DNA of 64,000 nucleotides from an uncultured Candidatus Saccharibacteria bacterium. GTDB lineage: Bacteria; Patescibacteriota; Minisyncoccia; UBA6257; XYB1-36-10. Positions 48,165 through 58,156 of this stretch are shown piece after piece (position 1 is the first letter of the stretch; the number at the start of each line of letters is the position of its first letter). Where the stretch lies: positions 13,151-77,150 of the forward strand of contig CAYIDJ010000001.1 in NCBI GenBank assembly GCA_964362215.1, given 5' to 3'. The notes under the pieces were generated by a model. It was given only the letters and a program-made list of their open reading frames with translations. It ran no database searches and was not told the origin of the DNA. The position numbers were made by a program, and so were the translations under genes.

Positions 48165-48447
48165 GAGCTCTCCTCCTTTGTTTTTTCCTTCTGTTTTTTC
48201 CTTCGTTTTTTGCCGTAAAAGCACCATTTTTAGGTATCAAACAGCTGGTGCCAATTATAGTATATTTTAATCTATACGTCAACTTTTTTATTTTTAGTTT
48301 TTTACTAACCCCCACCCCCTCCCCCTTTTGCTTATACCTAAGACGATCGTCAATATATAAGCCAACCATTTACCGTCGCTATTTAGTACTTTCATCACCC
48401 CTTTCTTCTACTCCCTAAAACACCCCCCCATACCCCCTTTATTACTA

Positions 48448-48476
48448 TTGACAACCAACATAAACTATGCTATAAT
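48448..48476 (+). promoter_or_regulatory. Consensus sigma70 promoter
   Basis: TTGACA-17 nt-TATAAT with extended TG. Confidence 0.8.
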
Positions 48477-48529
48477 ATAACCAGAATTAACCAAAATTGA
48501 CATCTTAAAAAGAAAGGAGGTAAGAGACC

Positions 48530-48982
48530 ATGAAATCTCTTACCACAATTCTCACAATTTCGCTTCTTTTTGTATTCATGGGTGGCTGTGTCACCGACGG
48601 CCAGTTTTCACAATACGGCCGTTCCGGTGGCATCTCCGGAGGTTTTTATGACCAAACCGGAGGCGTCGGCTACGCTCTCCAACAAGCGGTCACCCCCGGT
48701 ATGGTTCGGGGCGGAGCCATCGGCGCGCTGGCTGGCGTAGCCATGCGCAAAGATGTTGGTCGCACCGCCGCCACCGGCGCCCTGATCGGCGTCGGGCTTG
48801 AGATGTTGTCTCAAGCCGGACAACCTCCTCGCCAAGGCGGTTATTACCAGCCCGCCGGCAACAACCCTGGCGTCGAAGGTTCGTACCATCAAGGATACGG
48901 CCAGGGCCGCCAGGAGCTCCAGAGAGATCTGGAGCAAAATGCCTACAACGCCGGCCGTGCCGCCGGCTACGGCTACCGATAG
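48530..48982 (+). CDS. Glycine-zipper lipoprotein
   Basis: SD AAAGGAGGT, lipobox-like MGGC, GGAIGALAG..ATGALIGVG zipper. Confidence 0.8.
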   Translation: MKSLTTILTISLLFVFMGGCVTDGQFSQYGRSGGISGGFYDQTGGVGYALQQAVTPGMVRGGAIGALAGVAMRKDVGRTAATGALIGVGLEMLSQAGQPPRQGGYYQPAGNNPGVEGSYHQGYGQGRQELQRDLEQNAYNAGRAAGYGYR

Positions 48983-49003
48983 GTAGCCCCCGCACCGTCT
49001 CGC

Positions 49004-49040
49004 AACCCGCGCTCCTCAACGGCCCGCGGGTTTTCTTTTT
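49004..49040 (+). terminator. Intrinsic terminator
   Basis: AACCCGCG..CGCGGGTT followed by TTCTTTTT. Confidence 0.7.
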
Positions 49041-49237
49041 CCTAATTTATTCCACACTTAATAACCATATGTTCATTAAGTGCGCAAAACTAAATAACTA
49101 TCCCTTAATTCTTAATTCGCTATTCGTAATTTAATATTCTAATTTATTAATTGTTTGGTTATTGTTTATTTAAAAAATTATTTGGTTATTGTTTCTTGGA
49201 ATTTGGAGCTTCCGCTATTTTATTCTAAAATAGCGGT

Positions 49238-49768
49238 ATGTCCGGCCACTCCCACGCTAAAAATGTCGCCCGCCAAAAAGAAGCCGGTGACAAAAAGAAA
49301 TCCACCGTCTTCAGTAAACTCTTAAAAGCCATTTCCGCCGCCGCCCGCGCCAGCGACCTTAACCCTGACTTCAACCCTACCCTCCGCACTGCCGTGGAAA
49401 AAGCCAGAGCCGCCAACGTCCCCAAAGACAACATTGAGCGGGCTATAAAAAAAGCCGACTCCTCCGCTCCTATGGAAGAACTCGTTATTGAAGCTCACGG
49501 TCCCGAGGGTATCGCTATTATCATTACCGCCCTAACCGACAACTCTAACCGTACTCTTCGCGAAGTCCGGCACCTATTGGAAGCCAACGGCGCCAAATGG
49601 GCTGAACCCGGCAGTGTCCGCTGGGCCTTCACTCCGGAACCCGGAAACATTTGGAAAGCCAAATTCCCTCAAACTATCAGCGACGACTCTAAGTTAAAAC
49701 TCGCCACTCTCGTCTCTCTTCTGGAAGAACATGAAGACGTCGTCTCCATCTTCCCCGCTTCCTCTTAA
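49238..49768 (+). CDS. yebC: YebC/PmpR-family protein (short form)
   Basis: MSGHSH, NP.LR.AVEKARAANVPKDNIERAI, TDNSNRT. Confidence 0.92.
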   Translation: MSGHSHAKNVARQKEAGDKKKSTVFSKLLKAISAAARASDLNPDFNPTLRTAVEKARAANVPKDNIERAIKKADSSAPMEELVIEAHGPEGIAIIITALTDNSNRTLREVRHLLEANGAKWAEPGSVRWAFTPEPGNIWKAKFPQTISDDSKLKLATLVSLLEEHEDVVSIFPASS

Positions 49769-49820
49769 CTACTTTGTAATTTTGAATTTTGATATTGTTT
49801 AGGATTTAGAGTTTATATTT

Positions 49821-50279
49821 ATGATTGTAATCGGAATAGACCCCGGCACTACCCGCTGCGGCTACGGCGTAATTAAAAAAGACGGCTCACGCCTCTCCCT
49901 GCTTGCCGCCGGTATTCTCTCTTCCACCGGCCCCGACGCCCCCTCTCGCCTCTCCTCTCTCGCCTCCCATCTCAAGGAAATTATCTCTCTCTACCACCCT
50001 GAACGAGCCGCTATTGAAACTCTCTACTTTTCTCGCAATCAAAAAACTGCTCTCTCTATCGCCGAGGCGCGCGGCGCTATTCTTTCCGTCCTCTCCGCCG
50101 CCTTCCTCCCCATCCAGGAATTTTCTCCCACTGAAGTTAAGTCCCTCCTTACCGGCTCCGGCCGCGCCAGCAAACACGACATCATAACCACCGTTGAACT
50201 TATTCTTAAAACCAAAATTAAAGGTGTTGACGATATCTGCGACGCTCTCGCTATCGCCATTCTCGCCGCCGGTATGTAG
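49821..50279 (+). CDS. ruvC: Holliday junction resolvase RuvC
   Basis: IGIDPG, IE.LYF, AEARG, TGSGRASK, DDICDALAIA. Confidence 0.95.
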   Translation: MIVIGIDPGTTRCGYGVIKKDGSRLSLLAAGILSSTGPDAPSRLSSLASHLKEIISLYHPERAAIETLYFSRNQKTALSIAEARGAILSVLSAAFLPIQEFSPTEVKSLLTGSGRASKHDIITTVELILKTKIKGVDDICDALAIAILAAGM

Positions 50280-50438
50280 GACTCCTGCTCTTTTATGCTT
50301 TGTTGTTATAAACAAAAGCCTGCCAAAATTTTTGTGCGAGTAAAAACTTAGACGGGCTACCTTAAGTCTAACCTCTACCTCCCAATAGAGGTTGTAGTCA
50401 TCATTAAAAAAGAAAATCAAATATGTAAACCGAGGCGA

Positions 50439-50535
50439 GGGCGGCTTTTTCCATAAGACCGCGCGGAGTCCGACGGGACGAGTCAGAGGGATTTTTTAGC
50501 CAGAAAATACCCGTGTCTTATGGAAAAAGCCGCCC
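50439..50535 (+). repeat. Structured element family B, copy 7
   Basis: Unrelated but perfectly paired closing stem GGGCGGCTTTTTCCATAAGAC/GTCTTATGGAAAAAGCCGCCC. Confidence 0.9.
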
Positions 50536-50566
50536 GAAGCCGCGACCTTCTTTTATCTAACACAAA

Positions 50567-52930
50567 TTACCTATACAAAATAACCTCTGCTTCTCCCTGC
50601 CCATCCTCACTCCAAGCCGTAACCGTCACCTTGTTTTGCAAACCTAGATCGCGAGCAGTGATGATCTTTTTATATTCATAACTGGTTCCAAAATCCCCTG
50701 CCTGCGTATCTCTGACCACATCATTTATCTTAAGTTCCAGTTTTTTAATCTGGCTCGGCGCTGTCACTTTGACCGCTAACGTCGTCTGTCCGGCCACAAA
50801 CGTTCCCGCCGCCGGCGCCGTTATTGCCACCACCACCGCTCCCGTTCCGGCGCTTTTATAATCGTAAAGCGCCGTTTTATTGTACGAATTAAAATCCGGC
50901 AGATTTACCCGCGCCCACTCCAAAACCGCCGCCTCCCATCTCTCAAACTGCGGGTCCCGCTCCGGACGCTGCGGCACCGGCCCCGCCGGACTGTCTTTAT
51001 CCACATAAAAAAGAATATTGTGTATCTGCTTGCCGAAAAGATAGTCCCCCTTCAAAATCGGCTTTTCCGCCGTCGTCGGCTCCGGCCGCGGAAACACCGT
51101 CGGCTCGTACTTAGTTACCTCCTGACGGAAGAAATCGCTCCATATCGGCAACGCCGCCAGTATTGAACTCCCTTGTTGCTCCATCGGCTCCCGCCGGTTA
51201 TTCCCCGCCCACACCCCCACCACCAACTCCGGCGTATACCCCACCGTCCACGCGTCCACATAATCGTTGGTGGTGCCGGTCTTTACCGCCACCTGATAAT
51301 TTGGAAAAACCGTCAGTGGCAAGCTATTCACAAAAAGCCCGGAGCGCGCTTCCGTATCCGACAGAATATCGTTGATTAGTCGCGCGTACTGCGGCTCTAT
51401 CGCCCGCGCCGTCTCATCGCGGTACGACTGTAAAATTTTACCCGTACTGTCGGTAACTTTAATAATCGCCTGTTGCTTGTGTTTCTCTCCGTCGCGGGCA
51501 AAAACCGCGTACGCGTTAACCAGTTCTGTTAACCTCACCTCCCCCCCGCCCAAAACCAGCGACAACCCGAACCGGCTCCGGTCGCCTAAAGTCGTGATGC
51601 CAAAGTCCGCCGCCGTCTTCAGCGTCTCATCAATACCCGCCAGATACAGCGTCTTCACCGCCGTCACGTTTACCGATTGCGCCAGCGACGTCCGCATGCT
51701 AATCGGTCCGCGATAACGCTTGTCAAAGTTATGCGGGCTGTAGGTATCCTCCGGACCGCCTCTTGTGTCAAACTCCGTCGGCACATCAAACAGTATTGTT
51801 TCCGGCGTATATCCTTTTTCAAAAGCCGTCGCGTACACGAACGGCTTAAACGCCGAACCCGGCTGGCGCAACCCCTGATAAGCCACATTAAAGTTGCCCT
51901 CGTTCTCTATATCAAAGTAATCATACGACCCTACTAACGCCAGAATCTGGCCCGTAGTCGCCTCCTGCGCCACTAAAGCCACATTCCTGCCTTTATACAT
52001 CTCCCAGTTCCTCTCCGCCCCCTTTTTCACCGCCTCCTCCGCCGTCTGCTGCATCTCCCAGTCCAGAGTTGTAACAACTCTAAGTCCGCCGTTTTGTAGC
52101 ATATCTTCCCCGTAAATATTATTTAACTCGTCAATCGCCATCATCACAAAATGCGGCGCCTTGATTGTTGTTGACTGTGGCGCCAAAATCATCTCTTCTG
52201 CCTGCGCTACCTCCTTTTCCTCCGCTGTGATATACCCCATCTCCTCCATCTGTTCCAAAACGTACCCCTGTCTCTCCTTGAGCCTATCTTGATGCGCCCC
52301 ATAAGGAGAGTAGTAGCTTGGCGCCTGCGGTAATGCTACCAACATCACCGCCTCCCCCAACGTCAATTCCGCCGCCGCTTTATTAAAATATGTCTGCGCC
52401 GCCGCTTCTATCCCGTAAGAATTACCCCCGTATGGAATTTGGTTTAAATAAAGGCCCAATATCTCGTCTTTTGAAAATCGTTGCTCCAGTTTCAGCGCGA
52501 TTATCAACTCCTTAATTTTCCTGGTAATCGTCCGGTCTGACGACAAAAAAACGTTTTTGGCCAGCTGTTGGGTTATGGTTGATCCGCCAACTCTTTTATT
52601 ACGGGTTATATCAATCCAAACCGAACGCGCCAGCGCCTTCCAATCAAACGCCGGGTGCTCATAAAAATTTTTATCTTCGGCCGCTATCGTCGCTTGCTTC
52701 ACTATATCCGGTATTTTATCAAACGGCACCACCGTTCTTTTCTCCTCCCCGTGAATTTCAAACAATAATACCTCTCCCGTCCGATCATAAATCTTTGTTG
52801 ACTGATTAATGCGCCGATTGGCTATCTGGTCCAAATCCGGCAGATCAACCGAAATATAAGCCACAAAAACCAGCGCTATTGAAAGCCCTATCACCGCCGC
52901 CGAAGCCATTATCACTAATGTGTTTTTCAT
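50567..52930 (-). CDS. Class A penicillin-binding protein (PBP1A family)
   Basis: AEDKNFY, GGSTITQQLAKN, RQPGSAFKP, SVN, KTGT; C-terminal Ig-like domain. Confidence 0.95.
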   Translation of the reverse strand: MKNTLVIMASAAVIGLSIALVFVAYISVDLPDLDQIANRRINQSTKIYDRTGEVLLFEIHGEEKRTVVPFDKIPDIVKQATIAAEDKNFYEHPAFDWKALARSVWIDITRNKRVGGSTITQQLAKNVFLSSDRTITRKIKELIIALKLEQRFSKDEILGLYLNQIPYGGNSYGIEAAAQTYFNKAAAELTLGEAVMLVALPQAPSYYSPYGAHQDRLKERQGYVLEQMEEMGYITAEEKEVAQAEEMILAPQSTTIKAPHFVMMAIDELNNIYGEDMLQNGGLRVVTTLDWEMQQTAEEAVKKGAERNWEMYKGRNVALVAQEATTGQILALVGSYDYFDIENEGNFNVAYQGLRQPGSAFKPFVYATAFEKGYTPETILFDVPTEFDTRGGPEDTYSPHNFDKRYRGPISMRTSLAQSVNVTAVKTLYLAGIDETLKTAADFGITTLGDRSRFGLSLVLGGGEVRLTELVNAYAVFARDGEKHKQQAIIKVTDSTGKILQSYRDETARAIEPQYARLINDILSDTEARSGLFVNSLPLTVFPNYQVAVKTGTTNDYVDAWTVGYTPELVVGVWAGNNRREPMEQQGSSILAALPIWSDFFRQEVTKYEPTVFPRPEPTTAEKPILKGDYLFGKQIHNILFYVDKDSPAGPVPQRPERDPQFERWEAAVLEWARVNLPDFNSYNKTALYDYKSAGTGAVVVAITAPAAGTFVAGQTTLAVKVTAPSQIKKLELKINDVVRDTQAGDFGTSYEYKKIITARDLGLQNKVTVTAWSEDGQGEAEVILYR

Positions 52931-53099
52931 ATCCTCATTTCTCCTTTATCGCTAATCTATCACCTAATTCAACTAATGTCTAAAAATAAAACATCTCCCA
53001 TTTTTGGTTAAAAGTGAGAGATATTTTATTTTTTTGTTAATCCCTCCGGTACAAAATTATATTCTCCCGAAGGGTCTCACGTTCTTTAAGTTGTTTTAT

Positions 53100-53264
53100 T
53101 TACTCTTCATCTCCCACCCCTTCACTTCCTCCCAACTTATCGTCGCCCTCCTCCTCCTCTTCTTCCTCGTCTTCGCCCTCTTCTATATCCGTGTCATCGC
53201 CGTCTATCTCCTCATCCTCATCCACCAATACCGGCTCAATCTCCGTCTTAAATAAACTTGCCAT
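53100..53264 (-). CDS. 54-aa hyper-acidic microprotein
   Basis: Manual translation MASLFKTEIEPVLVDEDEEIDGDDTDIEEGEDEEEEEEEGDDKLGGSEGVGDEE*; own promoter upstream. Confidence 0.6.
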   Translation of the reverse strand: MASLFKTEIEPVLVDEDEEIDGDDTDIEEGEDEEEEEEEGDDKLGGSEGVGDEE

Positions 53265-53309
53265 AAAAATAAATAAACGCTTATAACGCGACCTTTTATT
53301 TATTTGGTG

Positions 53310-53337
53310 ATTATATAAAACCCTCTTTATCTGTCAA
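53310..53337 (-). promoter_or_regulatory. Sigma70 promoter of the acidic microprotein
   Basis: TTGACA-16 nt-TATAAT on the minus strand. Confidence 0.65.
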
Positions 53338-53432
53338 CCCCGTGAACAAATTAAAATTTATTTACGCTCGACCCAGAGATTGACTCTAGCTAAGGCCAGA
53401 GTCACTTTATTTCTCTCTTTTATTTTTACCGA

Positions 53433-54536
53433 TCACGACTTCACCGGCATTAGAATATAAATATAAGAATCATCACTTGAATCCTTTATTGCCGTCGGTT
53501 TGTCTTTAAAATTAACTTTCAATTTTATCTCTCCCCCTTTTACCGACCTAATACCGGATAAAAGATAGTGCCAGTTAAAAACAACTTTTCCCCCTCCTCC
53601 CGCCACCTTTGCCGGCACTAAATATTTATTTTCCCCAACCCCCTGACTCATTGATGTAATCTCTATAAAATTCTTATTCACGGCCAGAGTCACATCCGAT
53701 ATTTTACTGGATAAAACACTGACTACTTTAAGCGCCGTCACCATCTCCTCTTTTAAAGCTACCACCTCTGTATCGTAAGCGCTTGGAATTATTTGTTTAT
53801 AATCAGGAAAACTACCGTCAATTAAATGAGATACTATCATCACCCCCTCTCCCGAAAACATAATTTGATTTGAATCAATATAAATCTTAACCTCTTCTCC
53901 TTCCGGTAAAACCCTAATTAATTCGTTTACTGTTTTAAGCGGCGCAATTAAAGACCAACCCTCATCGCCCTTCAGAGAAAATTCGTCTTTATAAATAATT
54001 CTTTCCGCTAAACGAAAACTGTCTGTTCCCGCTATTCTTAATTCATTATTTTCTGCCGATATAAAAATTCCGTTTATCTCTGGCCTTAATTCGGAAAACG
54101 TCGTCGCTGACATCACTTGCGCTATTATTTCTTTTAATCTCGCCGCTGGTAAAATTAAAACTGGATCTTTATTGGTAATATTTGGAATAATCGGAAAATC
54201 ATCAACGGCTAAAGTTTGAATTTGTGCCTCATAATTATCCGTTTGAATGTTAAATTTATCTTTTTCTGTGCTTAAATTAACCACCTCACTCGTTAGATTT
54301 GAAATTATTGAGCTAAAAACACCAGCTGGTACTGTTACCGCTCCCGACTCAATAATCTTTCCCGGACATATCTGTGTCACTCCTATCTCTAAATTTGTCG
54401 CCGATAGTTTTATCTCTCCATTATCAACTTTAATTAATAAATTCTTAAGTATTGGTAAATTAGAAGATTCATTGCAAATTTTTGCCACAATTTCCACCAC
54501 TCTTTTTAAATTATTTTTTACAAATACTAATTTCAT
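53433..54536 (-). CDS. dnaN: DNA polymerase III beta clamp
   Basis: LPIL.NLLI, ATNLEIG, GTDSFRLAE, LIDGSFPDY, ILMPVK. Confidence 0.96.
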   Translation of the reverse strand: MKLVFVKNNLKRVVEIVAKICNESSNLPILKNLLIKVDNGEIKLSATNLEIGVTQICPGKIIESGAVTVPAGVFSSIISNLTSEVVNLSTEKDKFNIQTDNYEAQIQTLAVDDFPIIPNITNKDPVLILPAARLKEIIAQVMSATTFSELRPEINGIFISAENNELRIAGTDSFRLAERIIYKDEFSLKGDEGWSLIAPLKTVNELIRVLPEGEEVKIYIDSNQIMFSGEGVMIVSHLIDGSFPDYKQIIPSAYDTEVVALKEEMVTALKVVSVLSSKISDVTLAVNKNFIEITSMSQGVGENKYLVPAKVAGGGGKVVFNWHYLLSGIRSVKGGEIKLKVNFKDKPTAIKDSSDDSYIYILMPVKS

Positions 54537-54667
54537 TCTTAAAATCTAACTCTCTTTATATTATATATATTTATTATTATAGTAATACTTTATCTTTTCC
54601 TGTTAAAAACAATAAATTATCCACTATTTAACGTATTTTAATATATAATAAGATGTTAATAATATGT

Positions 54668-56029
54668 TTAACTCTTGTATATTAATTCCTTTATTAAATT
54701 AACTTTTTGGTTTAAATTACTATTTTTTAATATTTCCTTGTTTATTTTTTCACAGGCATGGATAGCGGTTGTGTGGTCTCTCTTCCCCACCTTATCCCCA
54801 ATAAAAGGATAAGACATACTTAAAACATTACGGAGTAAATACATTATTATCTGCCTTGGTTCCACTATCTCTTTTTTTCTTGATTTTCCTACTAAATCAC
54901 TTATTGGGACCTCATAAAAATCAGCTACTGCCTTAATAATCTTATTTGGATTAACATTCTTATTACTTTGATTGTTTTTACTTATTATATCTTCTACCAC
55001 TTCCTCCGTAATTTGTATATTTTTACTTTCTTTTACGAATATTATTTTATTTAATATCCCCTCTATTTCTCTTATGTTTTTGGTTAATTTATTAGCTATT
55101 AAACTCACCACCGGCTCGTCCAGGGAATGGTGGCATTCCTGCAATTTTGTCTTTATTATCGCCATTCTCATCTCATAGTCGGGATAACTGATATCAACCG
55201 TCATTCCCCCCTCAAACCGGCTTCTTAAGCGCTCCTGTAACGTTGGTAATTCACTGGGTGGACGATCGGAAGAAATTATAATCTGCTTGTTAATTGAGTG
55301 TAAAGCGTTAAAAGTGTGAAAAAATTCTTCCTCCGTCTTTTCTTTACCTCCAATAAACTGTATATCGTCTATAATTAAAGTATCCACGTTCCGGTAGCGG
55401 CTCTTTATATCCTCCATCCGCTTATTTTTTATAGCCCAAACCACGTCGCTAACGAACCTTTCTGAAGTCACATACTTGACGGAAACCACATCTTTATACA
55501 TAGCCATAATCTCATTGCCGATTGACTGTATTAAATGGGTTTTTCCCAACCCCACCCCTCCGTAAATAAACAGCGGATTGTACTTTACTCCCACATTTTT
55601 TACTACCGCCTGCGCGGCGGCAAAAGCCAGCTCATTAGCCGATCCCACCACAAAGTTTTTGAATGTATATTTAGGATTAAGATTGGTGTTCGGGTTTATT
55701 TTAAACTCCGGAAACATCATTTGCGCGGAAGGCATATAAGCCGTTTTAGCTTTATGCGACAATGTTAACGCCTTAAATATCCCCCCCGACACCACAAACT
55801 CCACTTTTCTGGCGGAAGAATCCAAATTGCGCAGTACGCTTAAAATATTTTTATTATATTTATTTTCCACCCACTCCTTTGAAAAATTATTTGGCAGTGC
55901 TATCACAAAAGTGCCGGCATCGTCCTTATCTACTAATTTACTGTTCTTAAGCCAGGTATGAAAATTAGCGTGAGTCAGCTGAACTTCCATTTCCCCTAAT
56001 ACCGATTCCCAAATTTTTTCCAACTCCAT
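54668..56029 (-). CDS. dnaA: Chromosomal replication initiator DnaA
   Basis: LNPKYTF.NFVVG, GGVGLGKTHL, IDDIQF, RLRSRF, RDHTTAIHA. Confidence 0.98.
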   Translation of the reverse strand: MELEKIWESVLGEMEVQLTHANFHTWLKNSKLVDKDDAGTFVIALPNNFSKEWVENKYNKNILSVLRNLDSSARKVEFVVSGGIFKALTLSHKAKTAYMPSAQMMFPEFKINPNTNLNPKYTFKNFVVGSANELAFAAAQAVVKNVGVKYNPLFIYGGVGLGKTHLIQSIGNEIMAMYKDVVSVKYVTSERFVSDVVWAIKNKRMEDIKSRYRNVDTLIIDDIQFIGGKEKTEEEFFHTFNALHSINKQIIISSDRPPSELPTLQERLRSRFEGGMTVDISYPDYEMRMAIIKTKLQECHHSLDEPVVSLIANKLTKNIREIEGILNKIIFVKESKNIQITEEVVEDIISKNNQSNKNVNPNKIIKAVADFYEVPISDLVGKSRKKEIVEPRQIIMYLLRNVLSMSYPFIGDKVGKRDHTTAIHACEKINKEILKNSNLNQKVNLIKELIYKS

Positions 56030-56228
56030 ATTAATTTAGAAACATTATACTCTCTTTTTTTAAAAAACACTTACCCCGTCAAATTTAGTCAGTTTATTTT
56101 ACCCTGTCCCACTCCTCTTTCCAACCTAAAAATCTGTAGGAACGCCGTTGACGCGCCGTGTCAATGACATTTCTACCTTCCTCCCACTTTTGATTTTTTT
56201 ATTTAATTCTGCTACATTTATAGCGCTT

Positions 56229-56363
56229 ATGTCCCAAACTTATCAACCTAAAAAGAAAAAACGCCGCCGCACCCACGGTTTTCTGAAACGCCGCCGCACC
56301 CCTACCGGCCGCAATGTTCTCTCCCGCCGCCGCCGCAAAGGCCGTCGCCGCCTCGCCGTTTAA
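56229..56363 (+). CDS. rpmH: 50S ribosomal protein L34
   Basis: [29 protein letters not shown]. Confidence 0.95.
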   Translation: MSQTYQPKKKKRRRTHGFLKRRRTPTGRNVLSRRRRKGRRRLAV

Positions 56364-56417
56364 TTTAATCATTACTTTTTAGTACAAATTTGCCCGCCAG
56401 CCAATATTATTTATCTT

Positions 56418-56738
56418 ATGCTGGCCAAGAAATATAAACTGTCCTCTTCTTCCTTTCCCCGTCCCTCTCACCTCGGCCGCTCCGGACGTTATCTGTCCGT
56501 AAACCTCTCCCCTACCTCCCTCCCTTTCAGCCGTTTTGGAATTATTGTCAGCTTAAAGTATGATAAGCGTGCTGTCGCTCGCCACCGCCTCAAAAGAGAA
56601 ATCTTTGAACTTATCAGAAAAACCGGCGCTTTCCGTGTTCCCGGCCATGACATTGTTGTTGTTGTCAAAAAAGGAGTAACCTCCGTCGACCTGATTCCAA
56701 TTACTAAAGAGGCCTCCTCTCTACTCTCCAATCTCTAA
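56418..56738 (+). CDS. rnpA: RNase P protein component
   Basis: RFGIIVS.K..KRAVARHRLKR; synteny. Confidence 0.9.
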   Translation: MLAKKYKLSSSSFPRPSHLGRSGRYLSVNLSPTSLPFSRFGIIVSLKYDKRAVARHRLKREIFELIRKTGAFRVPGHDIVVVVKKGVTSVDLIPITKEASSLLSNL

Positions 56739-56741
56739 CTT

Positions 56742-57494
56742 ATGACTTTTTTATTTAACGAAATTCTCTATCGTCCCATCCTCAACGCTTTAGTGTTGGT
56801 TTATAACCATCTTTCCTTTGGTAGTTGGGGACTGGCGGTTATTATCATTACCGTCATCATCCGGATTATTCTCTTTCCTTTCTTCCATAAAGCCAGCCGC
56901 AGCCAGGCGATTATGCAGAAAATTCAACCCCAAATAAAAGACATTACTGATCGCCATCAAAACAACAAAGAAAAGCAAATGAGAGAGATAATGGCTCTCT
57001 ATCAAAAACATCGCGTCAACCCTTTTTCCAGCTTTGGCCTTCTCTTTATTCAACTGCCCGTGCTGATTGCTCTTTATCTTGTTTTTTTACGCGGTCTAAC
57101 TCCCGACAACCTTTCTCTTCTCTACTCCTTCGTCTCCGCGCCTCTTCATGTTGACTTCACCTTTCTATGGTTGATAAATCTAAAAGAAAGTAGTATTATA
57201 ATTGTCGTTGTCGCCGCCGCTCTCCAGTACCTTCAGGCCCGCCTTAGTCTGCCGCGCCGGCAACCCGCGGCCGCCGTTTCTTCCGCCGAACGCCTAGGGC
57301 GTCAAATGTCTTTTATCGGCCCGGTTGTTACTCTCCTCGTTTTAATCAATCTCCCCTCGGTTATCGGTATTTACTGGATAACAACTTCCGCTTTCTCTAT
57401 CTTCCAGCAGCTTATTATCAATCGCTCTCTATCCGACTCTAACTACCAAGAACATGGACCAGACGGAAACAAAAACAATCAAACCAATCCTTGA
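56742..57494 (+). CDS. yidC: YidC/Oxa1 membrane insertase
   Basis: GLAVII.TVIIRIILFP, MQKIQPQIK, IQLPV, IYW. Confidence 0.93.
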   Translation: MTFLFNEILYRPILNALVLVYNHLSFGSWGLAVIIITVIIRIILFPFFHKASRSQAIMQKIQPQIKDITDRHQNNKEKQMREIMALYQKHRVNPFSSFGLLFIQLPVLIALYLVFLRGLTPDNLSLLYSFVSAPLHVDFTFLWLINLKESSIIIVVVAAALQYLQARLSLPRRQPAAAVSSAERLGRQMSFIGPVVTLLVLINLPSVIGIYWITTSAFSIFQQLIINRSLSDSNYQEHGPDGNKNNQTNP

Positions 57495-57903
57495 ACAAAT
57501 TATCGCCTTAATGAACATTGGCGACTTTAGAGTTGAATGGAACGAAGAATTGCGTCGCCTCAGCGTCTTCATTGATAATGAATATTTCATTAAAGACCAA
57601 CTGCCGCCGCTGGTTGAAAACCTCAATCATTTAGGCCAGTTGATTGCCAAAAAAATCGGCGTGAGTTTAGGTTGTGTGGACGTCAACAACTATCGTTTGG
57701 AACGCGAACGCATCATTACCGACTTAGCCCGCGCCGCCGCTCGCAAAGCCATCATGACTAAAAACGAAGTATCTCTCCCTATTATGAACTCCTACGAACG
57801 CCGCCTCATTCATATGGAGCTCGCCATGCATCCTGACATTCGCACCGAAAGCGATGGCGAAGGGCGCTCCCGCCACGTCAAAATCAAACCCATCCTTGAA
57901 TAA
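57454..57903 (+). CDS. jag: Jag/KhpB-like R3H-domain protein (short)
   Basis: DVNNYR, MNSYERRLIH..L, TESDGEG.SRHV; synteny. Confidence 0.85.
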   Translation: MDQTETKTIKPILEQIIALMNIGDFRVEWNEELRRLSVFIDNEYFIKDQLPPLVENLNHLGQLIAKKIGVSLGCVDVNNYRLERERIITDLARAAARKAIMTKNEVSLPIMNSYERRLIHMELAMHPDIRTESDGEGRSRHVKIKPILE

Positions 57904-57992
57904 AAATAAAAATCCGCCCCCTAGGCGGATTACTTTTTCATCCAACTTCCATTTCATCCAACTTCCATCTTCTAATTATAATCAGATCATAT

Positions 57993-58151
57993 AAATAGCT
58001 CGCTAATATACTCAAGCGCGCATCCGAGCCCGAGCGGGCACGGTTCCCCTCTCTTTCCTGCTCTGTAAGAGAGGGGGGAGCGAGGGCGAGGCGTAGTCCA
58101 TTCCCTCGCTGGGGGAATGGACGGTAGCGAGAGTATATTGGCAAGCTATTT
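57993..58151 (+). repeat. Structured element family A, copy 2
   Basis: Different closing stem with the same core as 6273-6415. Confidence 0.88.
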
Positions 58152-58156
58152 CCTCT

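Noticed and set aside
54537-54667. oriC call in the AT-rich dnaN-dnaA spacer
   Set aside because: Only one imperfect DnaA box and no skew switch; reported as a finding rather than a feature.
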